DNA from: Octopus vulgaris
Taxonomy: Eukaryota
Direction: 5' to 3'
Assembly (NCBI GenBank): GCA_951406725.2
Contig: OX597817.1
Location: 122,760,001-122,824,000 of the forward strand
Length of the DNA: 64,000 bases
Under the pieces are notes generated by a model. That model saw only the letters and a program-made list of their open reading frames with translations. It was not told the origin of the DNA and searched no databases. This document shows positions 25,306 to 39,185 of the stretch, piece by piece. Numbering within the stretch: the first letter of the stretch is position 1; each line of letters starts with the position of its first letter. A program made the position numbers and the translations under genes.

Positions 25306-25343
25306 ATTCATCACAGCTATTTGTCTCAAGTTGCTTACTGTCT

Positions 25344-27151
25344 ACTACTGATGCTATATTCCTGGTAAGACAGCTGCAGGAGAAATACCTAGCCAAAGAT
25401 AAGCCCCTGTACCTGGCTTTTGTTGACATGGAGAAAGCCTTCGACAGGGTCCCCCGATCCCTTATCTGGTGGTCAATGAGGAAACTAGGGATAGATGAAT
25501 GGTTAGTGAGAGCTGTGCAAGCCATGTACAGAGACGCTGCTAGTAAGGTGAGGGTTGGCAATGAGTACAGTGAAGAATTCCGGGTAGAAGTTGGGGTCCA
25601 CCAAGGTTCAGTCCTCAGTCCCCTCCTATTTATCATTGTCCTCCTGGCAATAACGGAGGAATTCAAAACAGGATGCCCCTGGGAGCTCCTCTATGCTGAT
25701 GACCTTGCTTTAATTGCTGAGTCACTATCAGAACTGGAGGAGAAGTTTCAGGTGTGGAAGCAAGGATTAGAATCGAAGGGCCTTAGAATCAACCTAGCCA
25801 AAACCAAAGTCCTAATAAGTAGGAAGGTAGATCAATCACAAACGCCTTCAGGTAGATGGCCCTGCTCGATCTGTAAAAAAGGTGTAGGTAGAAACTCTAT
25901 GAGGTGCACCAAGTGTAAGCTATGGACACATAAGAGGTGCAGCAATGTCAAAGGAAGGCAAACTAGGAAAATAGTTTTTGTCTGTGGCAGATGCTCAGGA
26001 GCAATAAACACTGAAAATGTGCAGAGACCAACTTCTACCACGTTCCAGGGAGAAAAGCTAGAAGTAGTTGATAGCTTCTGCTACCTAGGTGACCAAGTCG
26101 GTAGCAGGGGTGGGTGTGCTGAAAGTGTAACTGCTAGAGTAAGAATAGCCTGGGCAAAGTTTAGAGAGCTCTTACCTCTGCTGGTGACAAAAGGCCTCTC
26201 GCTCAGAGTAAAAGGCAGACTGTATGATGCATGTGTACATACAGCCATGCTACATGGTAGTGAAACATGGGCTGTGACTGCTGAGGATATGCGTGAAGCT
26301 CACAAGAAATGAAGCCAGTATGCTCCGATGGATGTGTAATGTCAGTGTTCATAATCGACAGAGTGTAAGTACCTTGAGAGAAAAGTTGGACCTAAGAAGC
26401 ATCAGTTGTGGTGTGCAAGAGAGACGTTTGCGCTGCTATGGTCATGTGACGAGAATGGCTGAAGATAGTTGTGTGCAAAAGTGCCTGTGAGGGAACCTGT
26501 GGAAGAGGTAGACCCAGGAAAACCTGGGATGAGGTGGTGAAGCACGACCTTCGAACTTTAGGTCTCACCAAGGAAATGACTAGAGACCGAGACCTATGGA
26601 AATATGCTGTGCGTGAGAAGACCCGGCAAGACTAGTGAGACCATAACCCGCGGCCTCTACCTGGTATGTAGCCAGTCGACTTATACATACCTTTCCTTCT
26701 TGGGACACAAAACTCCACTTGTGAAGAGCCGTTGAGGCAAGTGAAAATCAAAATCAAAATCAAACCAAATCAAATCAGATATCAGAAAGCAGAACCAAAA
26801 TCGAAGTCGATCAACATCAATGGAAATTGCAGCTGTGATACCAGTGAACCATCCAATCGTGGCCGTTGCCAGCCTCGCCTGGCCCCTGTGCCGGTGGCAT
26901 GTAAAAAGCACCATCCGTCCGTGGCCGTTTGCCAGCTCCGTCTGGCACCTGTGCGTGTGGCATGTAAAAAGCACCCACTACACTCACGGAGTGGTTGGCG
27001 TTAGGAAGGGCATCCAGCCGTAGAAACACTGCCAGATCAGACTGGGCCTGATGCAGCCTTCTGGCTTCACAGACCCCAGTTGAACCGTCCAACCCATGCT
27101 AGCATGAAAAGTGGACGCTAAATGTTGATGATGATGATGATGATGATGATG
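25344..27151 (+). mobile_element. 5'-truncated RTE-clade LINE (RT with embedded PHD finger, tandem-repeat 3'UTR, (GAT)n tail)
   Basis: TTDAIF..AFVDMEKAFDRV..GVHQGSVLSPLLF..YADD..FCYLG; frameshift near 26295; RRLRCYGHVTRM..GRGRPRKTW; stop at 26633-26635; ~62-bp repeats at 26859-26980. Confidence 0.92.
25428..26312 (+). pseudogene. reverse transcriptase (RTE) open segment
   Basis: RT motifs KAFD, QGSVLSP, YADD and YLG in the supplied ORF; the frame starts upstream at 25344 and is broken near 26295. Confidence 0.9.
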
Positions 27152-27643
27152 ATATATATAAACATGCATATGTATCTTCTGCATTATAACTTCTCAATGT
27201 TGCACTAACATGTGTTGCTTCTCACAATCTAGTGTGGTCTTTCAATTGAATCTCAAGATATCTTGTGTTAATGGTTCTCATTAAAACTAAGAGTATTTTT
27301 TTTTCCTGAATATATTGTGCTTATTATATAATTCAAGGTAAAAAAAAAAACAAGATGTGTTCCTTGATATAAATATGTTGTCAAGGTAATCAATGAAAAG
27401 AAAGAACAAAAACTTTCATAATTATTGGAATTCTTATTGATTAACAGATTTTAACAACTTTGGCTTCTTTTTTTTTTTGTTATTTTAATAGGTAGAAAAA
27501 TTCAGAGAAATAAAGAATATGAACAGCAAATATCTTTAAAATTGGCAAGGCAATATTTGTCCTCATTAGTTTCTTTATAGAGAGAAAGACACACACACAC
27601 ACACACATACATACATACATATATATATATATATGTGTGTGTG

Positions 27644-27813
<170 letters not shown>

Positions 27814-29414
27814 GTCGATGAAGGTGGTGGTGATTAGCAAACATTGCGGTACATTAGAGGATAAGGAGAAATGGTGAAGGTATGATATGCACGTCTTCAA
27901 AGTAACAGAGAAATTTTCTCAGGTGGAAAATGCATGGTTACTAAATATAAAAGATGGATAATAGAATAACAGTATTTTGAGCTGACAGTGTCACATTTGA
28001 ATATCTATAAATACAATAATGTAATCATAGTTTATGTCACTACCCCTCTGTGAATGCCTGTCTTCAAAATTTTCTAGAATTTCTGAAATCCCAGGAGACC
28101 CATGGATCTAAGTAAGGGGCACACCTTGCACTCCCATTTCACAGATATGTACTTTTTTATGTTACCATCCACTATAAGGATGTCTTAACTTAGGATTAAC
28201 ACACTTAATTCCTTGAGCATAAAAAAAAAATTTATTTGAAATACTTATGTAGTGATGAATTTCAACATTAACTTACTGACAAACATTTGTTTTTTATTTG
28301 TCATTAATTATTAGTAACGAAAGTAACATTAATGTGTAAAGGTAATATCTATATCTAATTTAACTTGGATGTCATGTTAGAATATCAAATACTGTATTTT
28401 CAGGCTTGAGAGACCCTCTCATATAGGCACTTGTTGCATAAAATCACATACAGATCATAGCAGATGAGAATTGTCTGTCATTGGGGCTGGAAATCCAGTA
28501 TCCTGTGATTTCATTCTATTGGAAATCATCAGTGGGGGATACCCAGTCATCACATGCCAGTCAAATCTTGCTGTTATGTTATATAGAATATCAGTATATT
28601 TTCAGAGACTGGCTATTTGTGATATCAATATCTAAAAATGATGCTAATATCCTATATATTGTAGCAGTGGGATTTGACTGGTACACTGTGACTGGACACC
28701 CACCAGTAATGATTTCCAATTGAATGAAATCATGTGATATGGGAGTTCTGGTGCCCATTACAAACAATTCTTATCTGCTATGCTCTATGTGTGTGCTTCT
28801 ATTCACCAAAAGCATAATGCCTATGAGAGGATCTTTCAATGCTAATAACACATTATTTCAATAACTTCAGCAAATATGGGAGACAATTACAGTTATATTT
28901 TAGTATTATTAGTTCTCTTAAAGGAAGCCTGACTATTGTTTTCACATTGATTGTGAGCTGAATAATTAACTTAGGTGATTATTTTTTTAATGATTTATTA
29001 TTTTGGTACAATGGCAATACTTTGTAGACGAAAAACTATAGTAAAATGAATAGTAGGTAACTTCTACTAATTTGAATATGTGAGGGAGCATCTATTTAAT
29101 CATCTGAATTGCTAAGAAAAATGGTGAAATCCTCCACAACAAATCATATACTGCCATCCTCAAAAAGGCAAAGCAGATAGGGAAACCCATACTAGTTCCA
29201 TTATGCTACAATCCACACTGTGTATTCTTACACACAAGCTATAAACATAGCTGCGTGATTAAGAATTTTCCTTCCCAAACACATAATTTATAGAGTTCCA
29301 TATCCTGTGTGACACCTTGTGTAAGTGTCTTCTATAACCCCAGGTTGATTAAAACTTTGTAAGTGGATTTGGTTGATGTAAACTGAAAGAATCCTGTTGT
29401 ATTGGGTTGAGGAA

Positions 29415-29935
29415 AAAGTTTTTGTGCCAAACTTGTGCCAAATGGTCGTGCCACAATGCTGAACTTTACTGTGAGCAACTTGATCGAGTTTTTGATGTGC
29501 CGATTGAAAAGTACCCAAGAGTTGTTTGTCAAAAACACGCCTTGTTTCAAGAAGACAATGCAAAGCTGCATACCACCAGAAGAGATCAGTAACAAGATTG
29601 AAGAACTGGACAGTGTGGAAGTTCTGCTGCATCAAGCCTATAGTCCAGATGTTGCCCCATCTGACCACGGTCTCTTCTGATCAATGCTGCACTTTATGAA
29701 AAGTTGCCGACTTGGGTCATTTGATGAAGTTGAAGAAGCCTGTCAAGAATTTTCCGATTCAAAACCGAAGGATTGGTACTTTGATCTAAATCGAAAGCTT
29801 GCAGATCGTTAGCAGAAGGTTGTGGAAAATGATGCTCTTTATTTTGAAGAATAGTTGTTGTTTTTGAATAAATTCTTGCATAAAATATCATTATATTATC
29901 ATGGCACTTGAACGTTTTCCACAACCTTGTACAGA
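29415..29935 (+). pseudogene. mariner (DD34D-type) transposase C-terminal fragment
   Basis: FQEDNAKLHT, then HQAYSPDVAPSDHGLF*SM..SFDEVEEACQEF..WYF..YFEE*. Confidence 0.8.
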
Positions 29936-29957
29936 AACATAGAACATGTACATACAT

Positions 29958-29991
<34 letters not shown>

Positions 29992-29995
29992 CATA

Positions 29996-30208
29996 TATCA
30001 TCATCATCATCATCGTTTAAATGTCCGTTTTCTGCGCTAGCATGGGTTGGACGGTTCGACCGGGGTCTGGGAAGCCAGGGCTGCGCCAGGCTCCAGTCTG
30101 ATCTGGCAGTGTTTCTACAGCTGGATGCCCTTCCTAACACCAACCACTCCACGAGTGTAGTGGGTGCTTTTTACGTGCCACCTGCACAGGTGCCAGGGGG
30201 GTCTGGCA
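29996..30208 (-). mobile_element. RTE 3'-UTR short copy (further copies at 32870-33180 -, 35165-35380 -, 40818-40917 +, 48122-48546 +)
   Basis: same 3' terminus and (GAT)n tail as 26980-27151. Confidence 0.8.
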
Positions 30209-31588
30209 TATATATATATATATATATATATATGGTGTTTGCTCGTGCCTCCACATCTTGACTACATCACATTATAGTTGTAAATGATTATCACCATCAT
30301 AAAAGTTGTATGATTTATTTTTAGTTTTCTATGACAACATGCCCAGTCATAAGGAAGTATTACCTTGCTTGGAAATAAGTGAGGGTCTGCAGATGGAAGG
30401 ATATCCAATTATATAAAATTGGCTCGAACGAAACATGAAAACCTGCATGTTAAGATGATGGCAATGGAGACGACGATGATGTAGAAGGTGATGATGATGT
30501 AGTATGACAATCTAGACCCTAGTATTGTAGTCAAATAGAAGCCTACAGAATCCTAAATTATATATTAAGTCCCACTGAATCTAATTCATTTCATCATTCT
30601 CGCATACAGAAGTACTGAGAAAAACATAAAGTCCTTACATTCCTTACAGTTGTCAGTGCTTACCTAAAGGAGGTTTGATATTTATTGTGCTAGTTATATG
30701 AAAATATCTCCACAGTTGTCTCGTTGCCTGTTTGTAGAGATCAGGCTTCTTTTCATGAAAAATTAATTCAGGGAAATTAATTCATAATTTCTTGAAAATT
30801 ATCAATCCTTAGACTTCGAATGTTGCTAACAATTAATGCTATTTTTTTTTTTTTTTTTACTAATTAAGAGACAAATTCCAATTAATTCTTTTATTCTTTA
30901 ATTCTCCTGCTTGTTTCAGTCATCAGACAGCAACCATGCTAAAACATTAACTTGAAGTGTTTAGTCAATGAAATTAACAGGCGGTGTAAATCTGTTATTC
31001 CATCAGCCACTTTTTGATGAACAGTGGATGCAAAAAAACCAGGACTGCTTATGAGAGCTAAACACAAAGACACATATTTGTGTGTGTGTGTGCATGTATA
31101 TGCATATATATTATATAAATATATATGCATATACATGCATATATTATATATGCATGTGCATATATATATATACACACATACACAAACACACACACACACA
31201 CACACATATGAATAGATAAATCCAACATTTTATTTTGGATTTTGGTATTTATAGGAGCAACTGTCTTCGAAGACTCATGTCATTGGTTGCTCAAAATGGG
31301 GAGTAGACAGCCAAAATCTAATGAGGGATCGTTCTTTGTATTCTTTATATTGCTTGTCTTGTTTTCCATTCTTTCTCTCATTTTTTGCGTATTTAACTCA
31401 TTTTTTTCGTATTTTATATTGTCTTGTGTTGGTGACATCCTGTACCCATGTAAGCATACATACATATATATATATATGCATATATATATATATATATATG
31501 TGCATATATATATTATTTATATTATATATATATATGATATATAATATATATTATATATATATAATTTATATTATATATATATATATAT

Positions 31589-31767
31589 ATGAATGAGAAA
31601 AAAGAAGAAAATGGAGAAATTGATATATAAACATCAGTTTTCAAAGATATTCCAATTAATATAAAATGAAATTTTTATTCCTACAGCCGTTATATTAATG
31701 GGAATATCTTTGAAAAAGCTGATGTCTATACATCAATTTCTGCATATTCTTCCTTTTTCTTATTCAT
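31589..31767. repeat. imperfect ~77-bp inverted repeat abutting (TA)n
   Basis: 31589-31664 versus 31690-31767 (..ttttcaaagatattccaattaatataa / ttatattaatgggaatatctttgaaaa..). Confidence 0.75.
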
Positions 31768-32142
31768 AAATATTTAAATACCAATATACATCAATGCAAA
31801 ACTGAAGCATTTAGTTTTCACTGAATACTGGTATAAACCAAAGAACTAGGATGCAAACATCCCTTAAAGGATTATAGGTCCTTGGTTTGATTATCCTTAT
31901 AATCCATATAAATCAAATGGGGTGATTATAATCAAAATAAGCAACAAGGACATCCAAAGTAGTGTAGTACAATCGCCTCATGCCACTTCATCCCATTAAA
32001 CACTGTAAGCATTGTCTGTTTAATTAAAAATTCTATATGTGGCTGAAGATTGCTCGACATTTTAAAACTGATGTAATACTTACAGTGTTTAACAAAACGA
32101 AGCAGGATGAAGCAATTGCACCTTGGATATGTATGTATGTAT

Positions 32143-32365
32143 ACACTCTTTACTCTTTACTCTTTTACTTGTTTCAGTCATTTGACTGCGTCCATGCTGG
32201 AGCACCGCCTTTAGTCGAGCAAAATCGACCCCGGGACTTATTCTTTGTAAGCCCAGTACTTATTCTATTGGTCTCTTTTGCCGAACCGCTAAGTGACGGG
32301 GACATAAACACACCAGCATCGGTTGTCAAGCAATGCTAGGGGGACAAACACAGACACACAAACAT

Positions 32366-32411
<46 letters not shown>

Positions 32412-32575
32412 GACAGGCTTCTTTCAGTTTCCGTCTACCAAATCCACTCACAAGGCATTGGTCGGCCCGGGGCTATAGCAGAAGACACTTGCCCAAGATG
32501 CCACGCAGTTGGACTGAACCCGGAACCATGTGGTTGGTTAGCAAGCTACTTACCACACAGCCATTCCTGCACCTA
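32143..32575 (-). mobile_element. SINE family B (well preserved)
   Basis: complete family-B body; other copies at ~35970-36435, 36995-37530, 39288-39668, 44590-45030, 45798-46135, 48805-49232, 50545-51030, 51505-51897, 52490-52650. Confidence 0.85.
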
Positions 32576-33464
32576 TATATGTATATATAATATGTATGTG
32601 TATATATAAATATATATATATATTTGAAGGAACTGTACACACATGGGCCATCATCTTTAGGATGCAAAAATGTAAACCTAAAGGCCTAATGAACCTTTTC
32701 CTTTTTCCTGCTTCCTTTACTTTTCTATTTTCCTTTTTACTCCTGTCAACATTCGTTCTCCTCTCAATATTTCTTTGGTAAAGTTCAAATCATTCTGATG
32801 TTTGTTATATGGAATGAGATAAACACAAGTTTACCTAAAAAACAGCAAACAAAAACAGCTGTAAATGTTATCATCATCATCATCATCATCATCATCATTT
32901 AGCATCCGCTTTCCATGCTAGCATGGGTTGGACGGGTCAACTGGGGTCTGTGAAGCTGGAAGGCTTCGTCAGGCCCAGTCAGATCTGGCAGTGTTTCTAT
33001 GGCTGGATGCCCTTCCTAACGCCAACCACTCCGCGAGTGTAGTGGGTGTTTTTTACGTGCCACCTGCACAGGTGCCAGACAGAGCTGGCAAACGGCCATG
33101 AACGGACAGTGCTTTTACGTGTCACCGGCACGGGGCCAGACAGAGTTGGCAAACGGCCACGAACGGACGGTGCTTTCTTAACCATAATTAAACTATGATC
33201 ATTCCAGTACTAATGATCAACTTCTAATTGTTACATGTTGATCTATTTCTTCTCTTATCTTATCTGAATATATCAAACCATGGTTTACCTTAAATTACCA
33301 ACTACTGTTAACCTTACAGCAAGGCCTATACATAGTTAGGTAATGCACCAGTATGGATATATTTATCCCTTAGATGGTTACATGATCCTAACTCATAATT
33401 CTTCTATTTATACATACATATATACATATATATATATGTGTGTGCATGTGTGTGTGTGTGTGAA

Positions 33465-33762
33465 GGTGCAATAGCAGTGGACTCGCGGTCATAGGATCGT
33501 GGTTTCAATTCCCAGACTGGGCGTTGTGAGTATTTATTGAGCGAAAACACCTAAAGCTCCACAAAGCTCCAGCAGGGGGTGGTGGCGATCCGTGCTGTAT
33601 TCTTTCGCCACAACTTTCTCTCACTCTTTCTTCTGTTGGCCTGCTTGCTTAGCCAGCAGGGTAGCGTCATATGAAGGCTAAAGCAATGTGAAGCTCATTG
33701 TGACCAGTGATGTGTAACAACATCTGATAGCCTGGTCAGTCACGGTGATCATGGTGATCACG

Positions 33763-33768
<6 letters not shown>
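33465..33768 (+). mobile_element. SINE family A with a different 3' tail ((CACGGTGAT)n-like)
   Basis: head and body match 316-520; the 3' half differs. Confidence 0.7.
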
Positions 33769-33805
<37 letters not shown>

Positions 33806-33807
33806 CA

Positions 33808-34516
33808 CAGGATGCCCTAAAGGTCACTGATGTGTTTCACTTTTTTAATAAGTTCCTTAAGTTTACAAAGAAATGCATGTAATTTTGAAACAACATAAAG
33901 GACATAATGGAAGTTAATACACACGAGTCAAATTTTGCAACACGATAACATCATATATGAAAAATGATATCACTTAAATGGCAGCCATTTTTGGTTTTCC
34001 CACTAGAAAAAATCCGTGCTAGTCAAGTCTAGAGATTCTGAACGCCAGTTGACATTGCCAGAGTAGGAGATTATTCTCTCTCCAAAGCACTGCCAAAGCA
34101 ACTGCATTGTTTCTCTTGTGGTATGAGCAGTTGCTCCATCTTGCTGGAACCATGTGTGAGGTTTACTTTGAATGGCCGGGCAGAAAGAGGTGTCAGTCAT
34201 GGATACCTAAAAGAGAAGGTTTACATGAACAAACCAGAGACTCTGGTGCAATTGAATGAGAACATCAACTTAGAAATCAGAGAAGTGGGATTTGAAACTC
34301 TTGAGGGTGTAACAGTGCAAGTTTTGGAAAGAGCACAGGCAGGTGAAGCCTAAAATGGCTGCCATTTAAGCATTGTCCTTTTTCATATGTAATTTCACTT
34401 GTGCATATTTATTTCCATTATGTCCTTTATATTGTATCAAAATTTCATGCCTTTATTTGAGAAGTTAAGGAACTCATTAAAACTTGAAGCCCATCAGGGA
34501 CTTTTGGAACACTCTG
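33808..34516. mobile_element. fold-back derivative of a DD41D (rosa-type) Tc1/mariner element
   Basis: long imperfect inverted arms (~33808-33998, ~34352-34516); minus strand WFQQDGATAHT..SLDLTSTDFF with 41 residues between the two Asp; plus strand GYLKEKVYMNKPETL. Confidence 0.75.
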
Positions 34517-34717
34517 TTTATACATAAAAACATAGATATATGTATATATTTCTCCCTCTATCCTTTTGTTTTGTCTCCTCATTCCTTTCTGTAGAAGGGT
34601 GTAATCTTGAAATGTCAGACTCTTCCATTTTTTGTGAACATCAATCTAATACAACTTTTTGTTATTCCTTCACCTATCTCTGTCATTTGTTTTTTGGTTT
34701 TTACATTAATTTGAACC

Positions 34718-34770
<53 letters not shown>

Positions 34771-36237
34771 CACACACACACACATACACATACATATATA
34801 TATATATGTATATCTATATATATCTGAATCTAGGACTTTCCATCAAAAACACTTCAGTCTAATGTGCTATGGTCTAAAGAACTTTGCTCTAAAGTGATTT
34901 TTGTATAAAGTATCCAATATATATATATAGACATATATATATAATCAATACATAAAGATACTGCAGTTAGTGTTTTTTGTGGCTTTTAGAGTTAATTTTG
35001 ACTCTTATTTTTAGGAATCGTTGGTGCTATTTCGCACCCTTTATATACACATATATTAATGTGCTTTAATACTTTACTGCTATATACTTTAAGAGATTGC
35101 TTCTTATTTGGATATATGATACATTGATAGTAGATATATATATATATATAAATATATATATCAATATCATCATCATCGTTTAACGTCCGCTTTCCATGCT
35201 AGCATGAGTTGGATGTTTCGACTGGCATCTGGTAACCAGAAGGCTACACCAGGCTCCAGCCTGATCTAGTAGTGCTTCTACAGCTGGATGCCCTTCCTAA
35301 CACCAACTACTCCATGAGTGTAGTGGGTGCTTTTTACGTGCCACCGGCACAGGGGCCAGAGGAAGCTGGCAAACGGCCACACACACAGAATAGGTTTCAA
35401 ATGAGTTTCCATCTACTAAATTCATTCATAAGGCTTGACTTGATCATGGAATTTAGTAGAAGACACTCAAAATGCCATGTACTGGGTGTTTGAGCAAAAT
35501 TTGATTATTTTTTACGTTACCTTCTTTCAGGAAAAGTTTGATGCATTTATGAACAGTCAATGATGTTAAAAAACATAGAGATTAAAATCGTAGTTGAAAA
35601 AATATTAGCTGATAAGGATGACTGAAAGCCATCTGAGTGTTGGAAAATAGCTACCTGTATCACGATAATTCATGCCACGCATCAAAATGCTGACATCATG
35701 ACTGTAGCTCAGTGCTCCAGCTTGGCCACAGTCAAATGACTGAAACAAGTAAAAGACTAAACATCTTGAAGCCATGGTGGACGCTGAGGGTAGGTACTTT
35801 GAGTAAACTGTTATCTGCCAGCCATAATCTCATAGATATATATATATATATATATATATCTATATTTAAAAAATTCTTTTATTTTTAGATGGGCTGAAGT
35901 GTTTTCTTTAATACCAACTTTCCAAATTTAACTCAAACACCCTATAGTGGGATTGAAATCAAAACCATATCCTTTTATCTTTTTACTTGTTTAAGTCATT
36001 TGACTGCAGCCATGCTAGAGCACCACCTTAAGGGGTTTTAGTCAAAGAAATCAACCCCAGGACTTATTCTTTGTAAGCCTAGTATTTATTCTATTGGCCT
36101 TTAGGCTGAACCACTAATTTACAGGGACACAAACACACCAACATCAGTTGTCAAGAGATGGTGGGGGGAACAAACACAGACACAAACACACAAATATATG
36201 CATATACACACATACATACATACATACATGCATACAT

Positions 36238-36272
<35 letters not shown>

Positions 36273-38339
36273 GGAAGGGCTTCTTTTAGTTTCCATCTAC
36301 CAAATCTACTCTCAAGTCTGTGGTCGGCCTGAGGATATAGTTGAAGGCACCAGCCTAAGGTGCCATACAGTGAGACTGAACCCAGAAACATGTGATTGGG
36401 AAACAGGCTTCTTACTACACAGCCACACCTGTGCCTGGTTTGAAAGTGAACTTCTTAAACACACAACCATATCTGCACACATTTGAGATGATATTTTTTA
36501 AATCCATCTTTCAGTACAGCTCGTTATCACCTCTCAAATTATTTTACTACAAATCTCAGACAGGAATAAATGAAGAAAGAAGCAAAAAAAAAAAAGCAAA
36601 ACAAAAAAAATATAAGGAAGAAAGAAAAGGTATCAATCAGTCTGTTAGTCATTTGTCAGTATGCATCAATACTAACAAACTCTTTGAAAATATTTACAAT
36701 ATTATTTCTGAGACTGAATCTTGAGATTCCTGAGTAGATGTCTACAGGTTATAGGTATGTTGTCATAAAGCATTATTGTTACTGAAACTGCCTTGAAAAA
36801 TATGACAACAGTTATTGTATGTAGACAATGATTGCGTTGTCTACAGTTACACCAGTCACATATGGAAATCATATGCCATTATTTATGACAGTTTTTACTT
36901 TTCTCGGAAACTTCCGTAACTGTTAACATAATGGCAAGATTACTTGGAATTTATACTGTAAGTTGTCACCAATTTTTGAAATAAATTCCAAGACACAGCT
37001 GTGTGGTAAAACGTTTGCTTCTGGATGGCATGACTCCAGGTTCAGTTTCACTGCATTGCAACTTGAGCAAGTGTCTTCTACTATAGCCTCAAGCTGACCA
37101 AATTCTGGTGAGTGTATTTGATAGATGGAAACTTAAAAGAAGCCTGTTGTTTATATGTGTGTGTGTCTTTGTGTCTGTGTTGCCAAAATTTATCTTTTAT
37201 TGTTTACTTGTTTCAGTTATTTGACTGTGGCCATGTTGGGGCACCACCGTGTAGAATTTTTAGCCTGGTACTTTATCAATTTATTTTGCTGAACTGCTAA
37301 ATTAAAGGGACATAAACATACCAACACTGGTTGTCAAGCAGTGGAGTGGGGCAAACACAGGTTCAAAGACACGCACATGCACACATGCAAGGGCTTCTTT
37401 CAGTTTTCATCAACCAAATCCACTCATAAGTCTTTGGTTGGCTGAGGATTATAGTAGAAGACACTTGCCCTAGGTACCCCACAGTGGAACTGAACCTGGA
37501 ACCATGTGGTTGAGAAGCCTACTTCTTACTAAAACATGTCTTTAACTTACTAAAACAATGTTTAAAAGATTTATAAATTTTCATGTAAAAATAAAAATAA
37601 AAATATTTTGTGAATGGGGAATTTCCATGGGTCCTTCTGGTAACTAAAACTATACAAAACATTTGAAATAAAATGTCGATTGAGAAATGAAAAACTTAAC
37701 AGTTTCCTTTCTTTTTTATATATATGGGATGTTATATTCTGCTGACTTCTTTGATTAAATATATCTAACCCAATTCCTTAGAATTTTTTTTCAGTGAATA
37801 ATTGGGTGACATTAAGTAACTTGGGAATAAACTAGAATTTCAAATTATTTGAATTATTCATTTACTTTGTAAGTTTTCCAATTTCAAATTATGGACATCA
37901 AAATAAGAAGTAAAGAATTATTTATGCACACACACACACACACTGACACACAAACACACACACGTTATCTTGAATGAATGAAAGACAGAAAGAATACCTA
38001 TATAGATAGAAATAAAGTTTCTAATTCCTTCAACCTCATTTCCATTCTGTTTTCATAATTGTGACATTGTAAATATGAATAGTATTTATTCAATGAAAGG
38101 TATTTATGATGTTCTACAACTTTGCAATGCAAAAAAAAAATTTTAAAAAATTACAATTCATTGGGGAAAGAAAGTAGGTTGAAAATGTTTCCCTAGAAAC
38201 TAAAACTGCATCCTTGTTTCAATTCTTGACTAACACTAGTGTAATTCATCTCTTTGTTAATACCATATGAAAGAGGTATAAATGTCAAAATGTGTTATAC
38301 TTTTATTTTACTAAAATATATCACCAATCAAAAATAAGT

Positions 38340-39185
38340 CCCTCCTGCAAGAATCCTTTGAGTTCAACATTGCCTTTGATCCTTTGAGGGTCAATAAAAC
38401 AAAATACAATCAAGTACTTTGGTTGCTATAATAAACAAATTGTTGCCTCTTGAAACTGCTGGCTTTGTGCTTAAATAAGGAACTATTATTAAAGTCAGCA
38501 AATTAGCAATATTTTTAGAGCAACAGAAAAAATGCTTTTGTAGTATCTATTCTGAATCTTTAACTTCTGAGTTCAAATCATGTTGAGGTTGACTTTATTT
38601 TATATCCTTTGTTGTTGATAAAATAAGTACCAGTTGAGCACTGGTGTCAATGTAATTGATTTACTCCCACCCCGCCATTGAAATTACTGGTCTTGTCTCA
38701 AAATTGAAAGCCAACTGAATACTCATATGTCGTCTTTGATGGGTGAGTCCATCAGTAGTAGCAGCAGCAGTAGTAGTAAGGTGATAAGCTGGCAGAATTG
38801 TTACCACACCAAAAAAAAAAAAAAGAAAAGAATGAAATAAAATTCTTAGCAGCATTTCTTCCAAATCTTTTACATTCTGAGTTCAAATTCTGTTGAGGTT
38901 GACTTTACCTTTCCCTCATTTCTGGATCGATATCTTTATTAATATTATTATTTTTTACCATTATTATTAAGTTGGCAGAATCATTAGCACACTGAACAAA
39001 ATAATTAGTGGCATTTCCTCTGCTTCTATGTTCTGAGTTCAAATTTCACTGAAGTTGACTTTGCTTCATATCCATTCAGGAGTCACTAAAATAAGTAGCA
39101 AATGAACACTGAGGTTGATGTAATTAGCTAACCCCATCCCTCAAAATTTCAGGCCTTGTGCTTATAGAAGAAAGGATTATTAGTA
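38340..39185 (+). mobile_element. cluster of decayed SINE family C copies in tandem
   Basis: repeated ttctgagttcaaat..gttgacttt..taagtaccag..ggccttgtgc motifs separated by (ATT)/(GTA) repeats. Confidence 0.7.

Noticed and set aside
26859-26980. GC-rich ~62-bp repeats resembling a CRISPR array (also 48196-48385)
   Set aside because: Contiguous tandem repeats without unique spacers, inside a eukaryotic LINE 3'UTR; no cas genes.
34550-34720. CTGTAGAA..GAAA-tg-TC motif in a pyrimidine-rich repeat next to TA
   Set aside because: Core lacks A6 and the stems are poor; too degenerate to count as a hammerhead.
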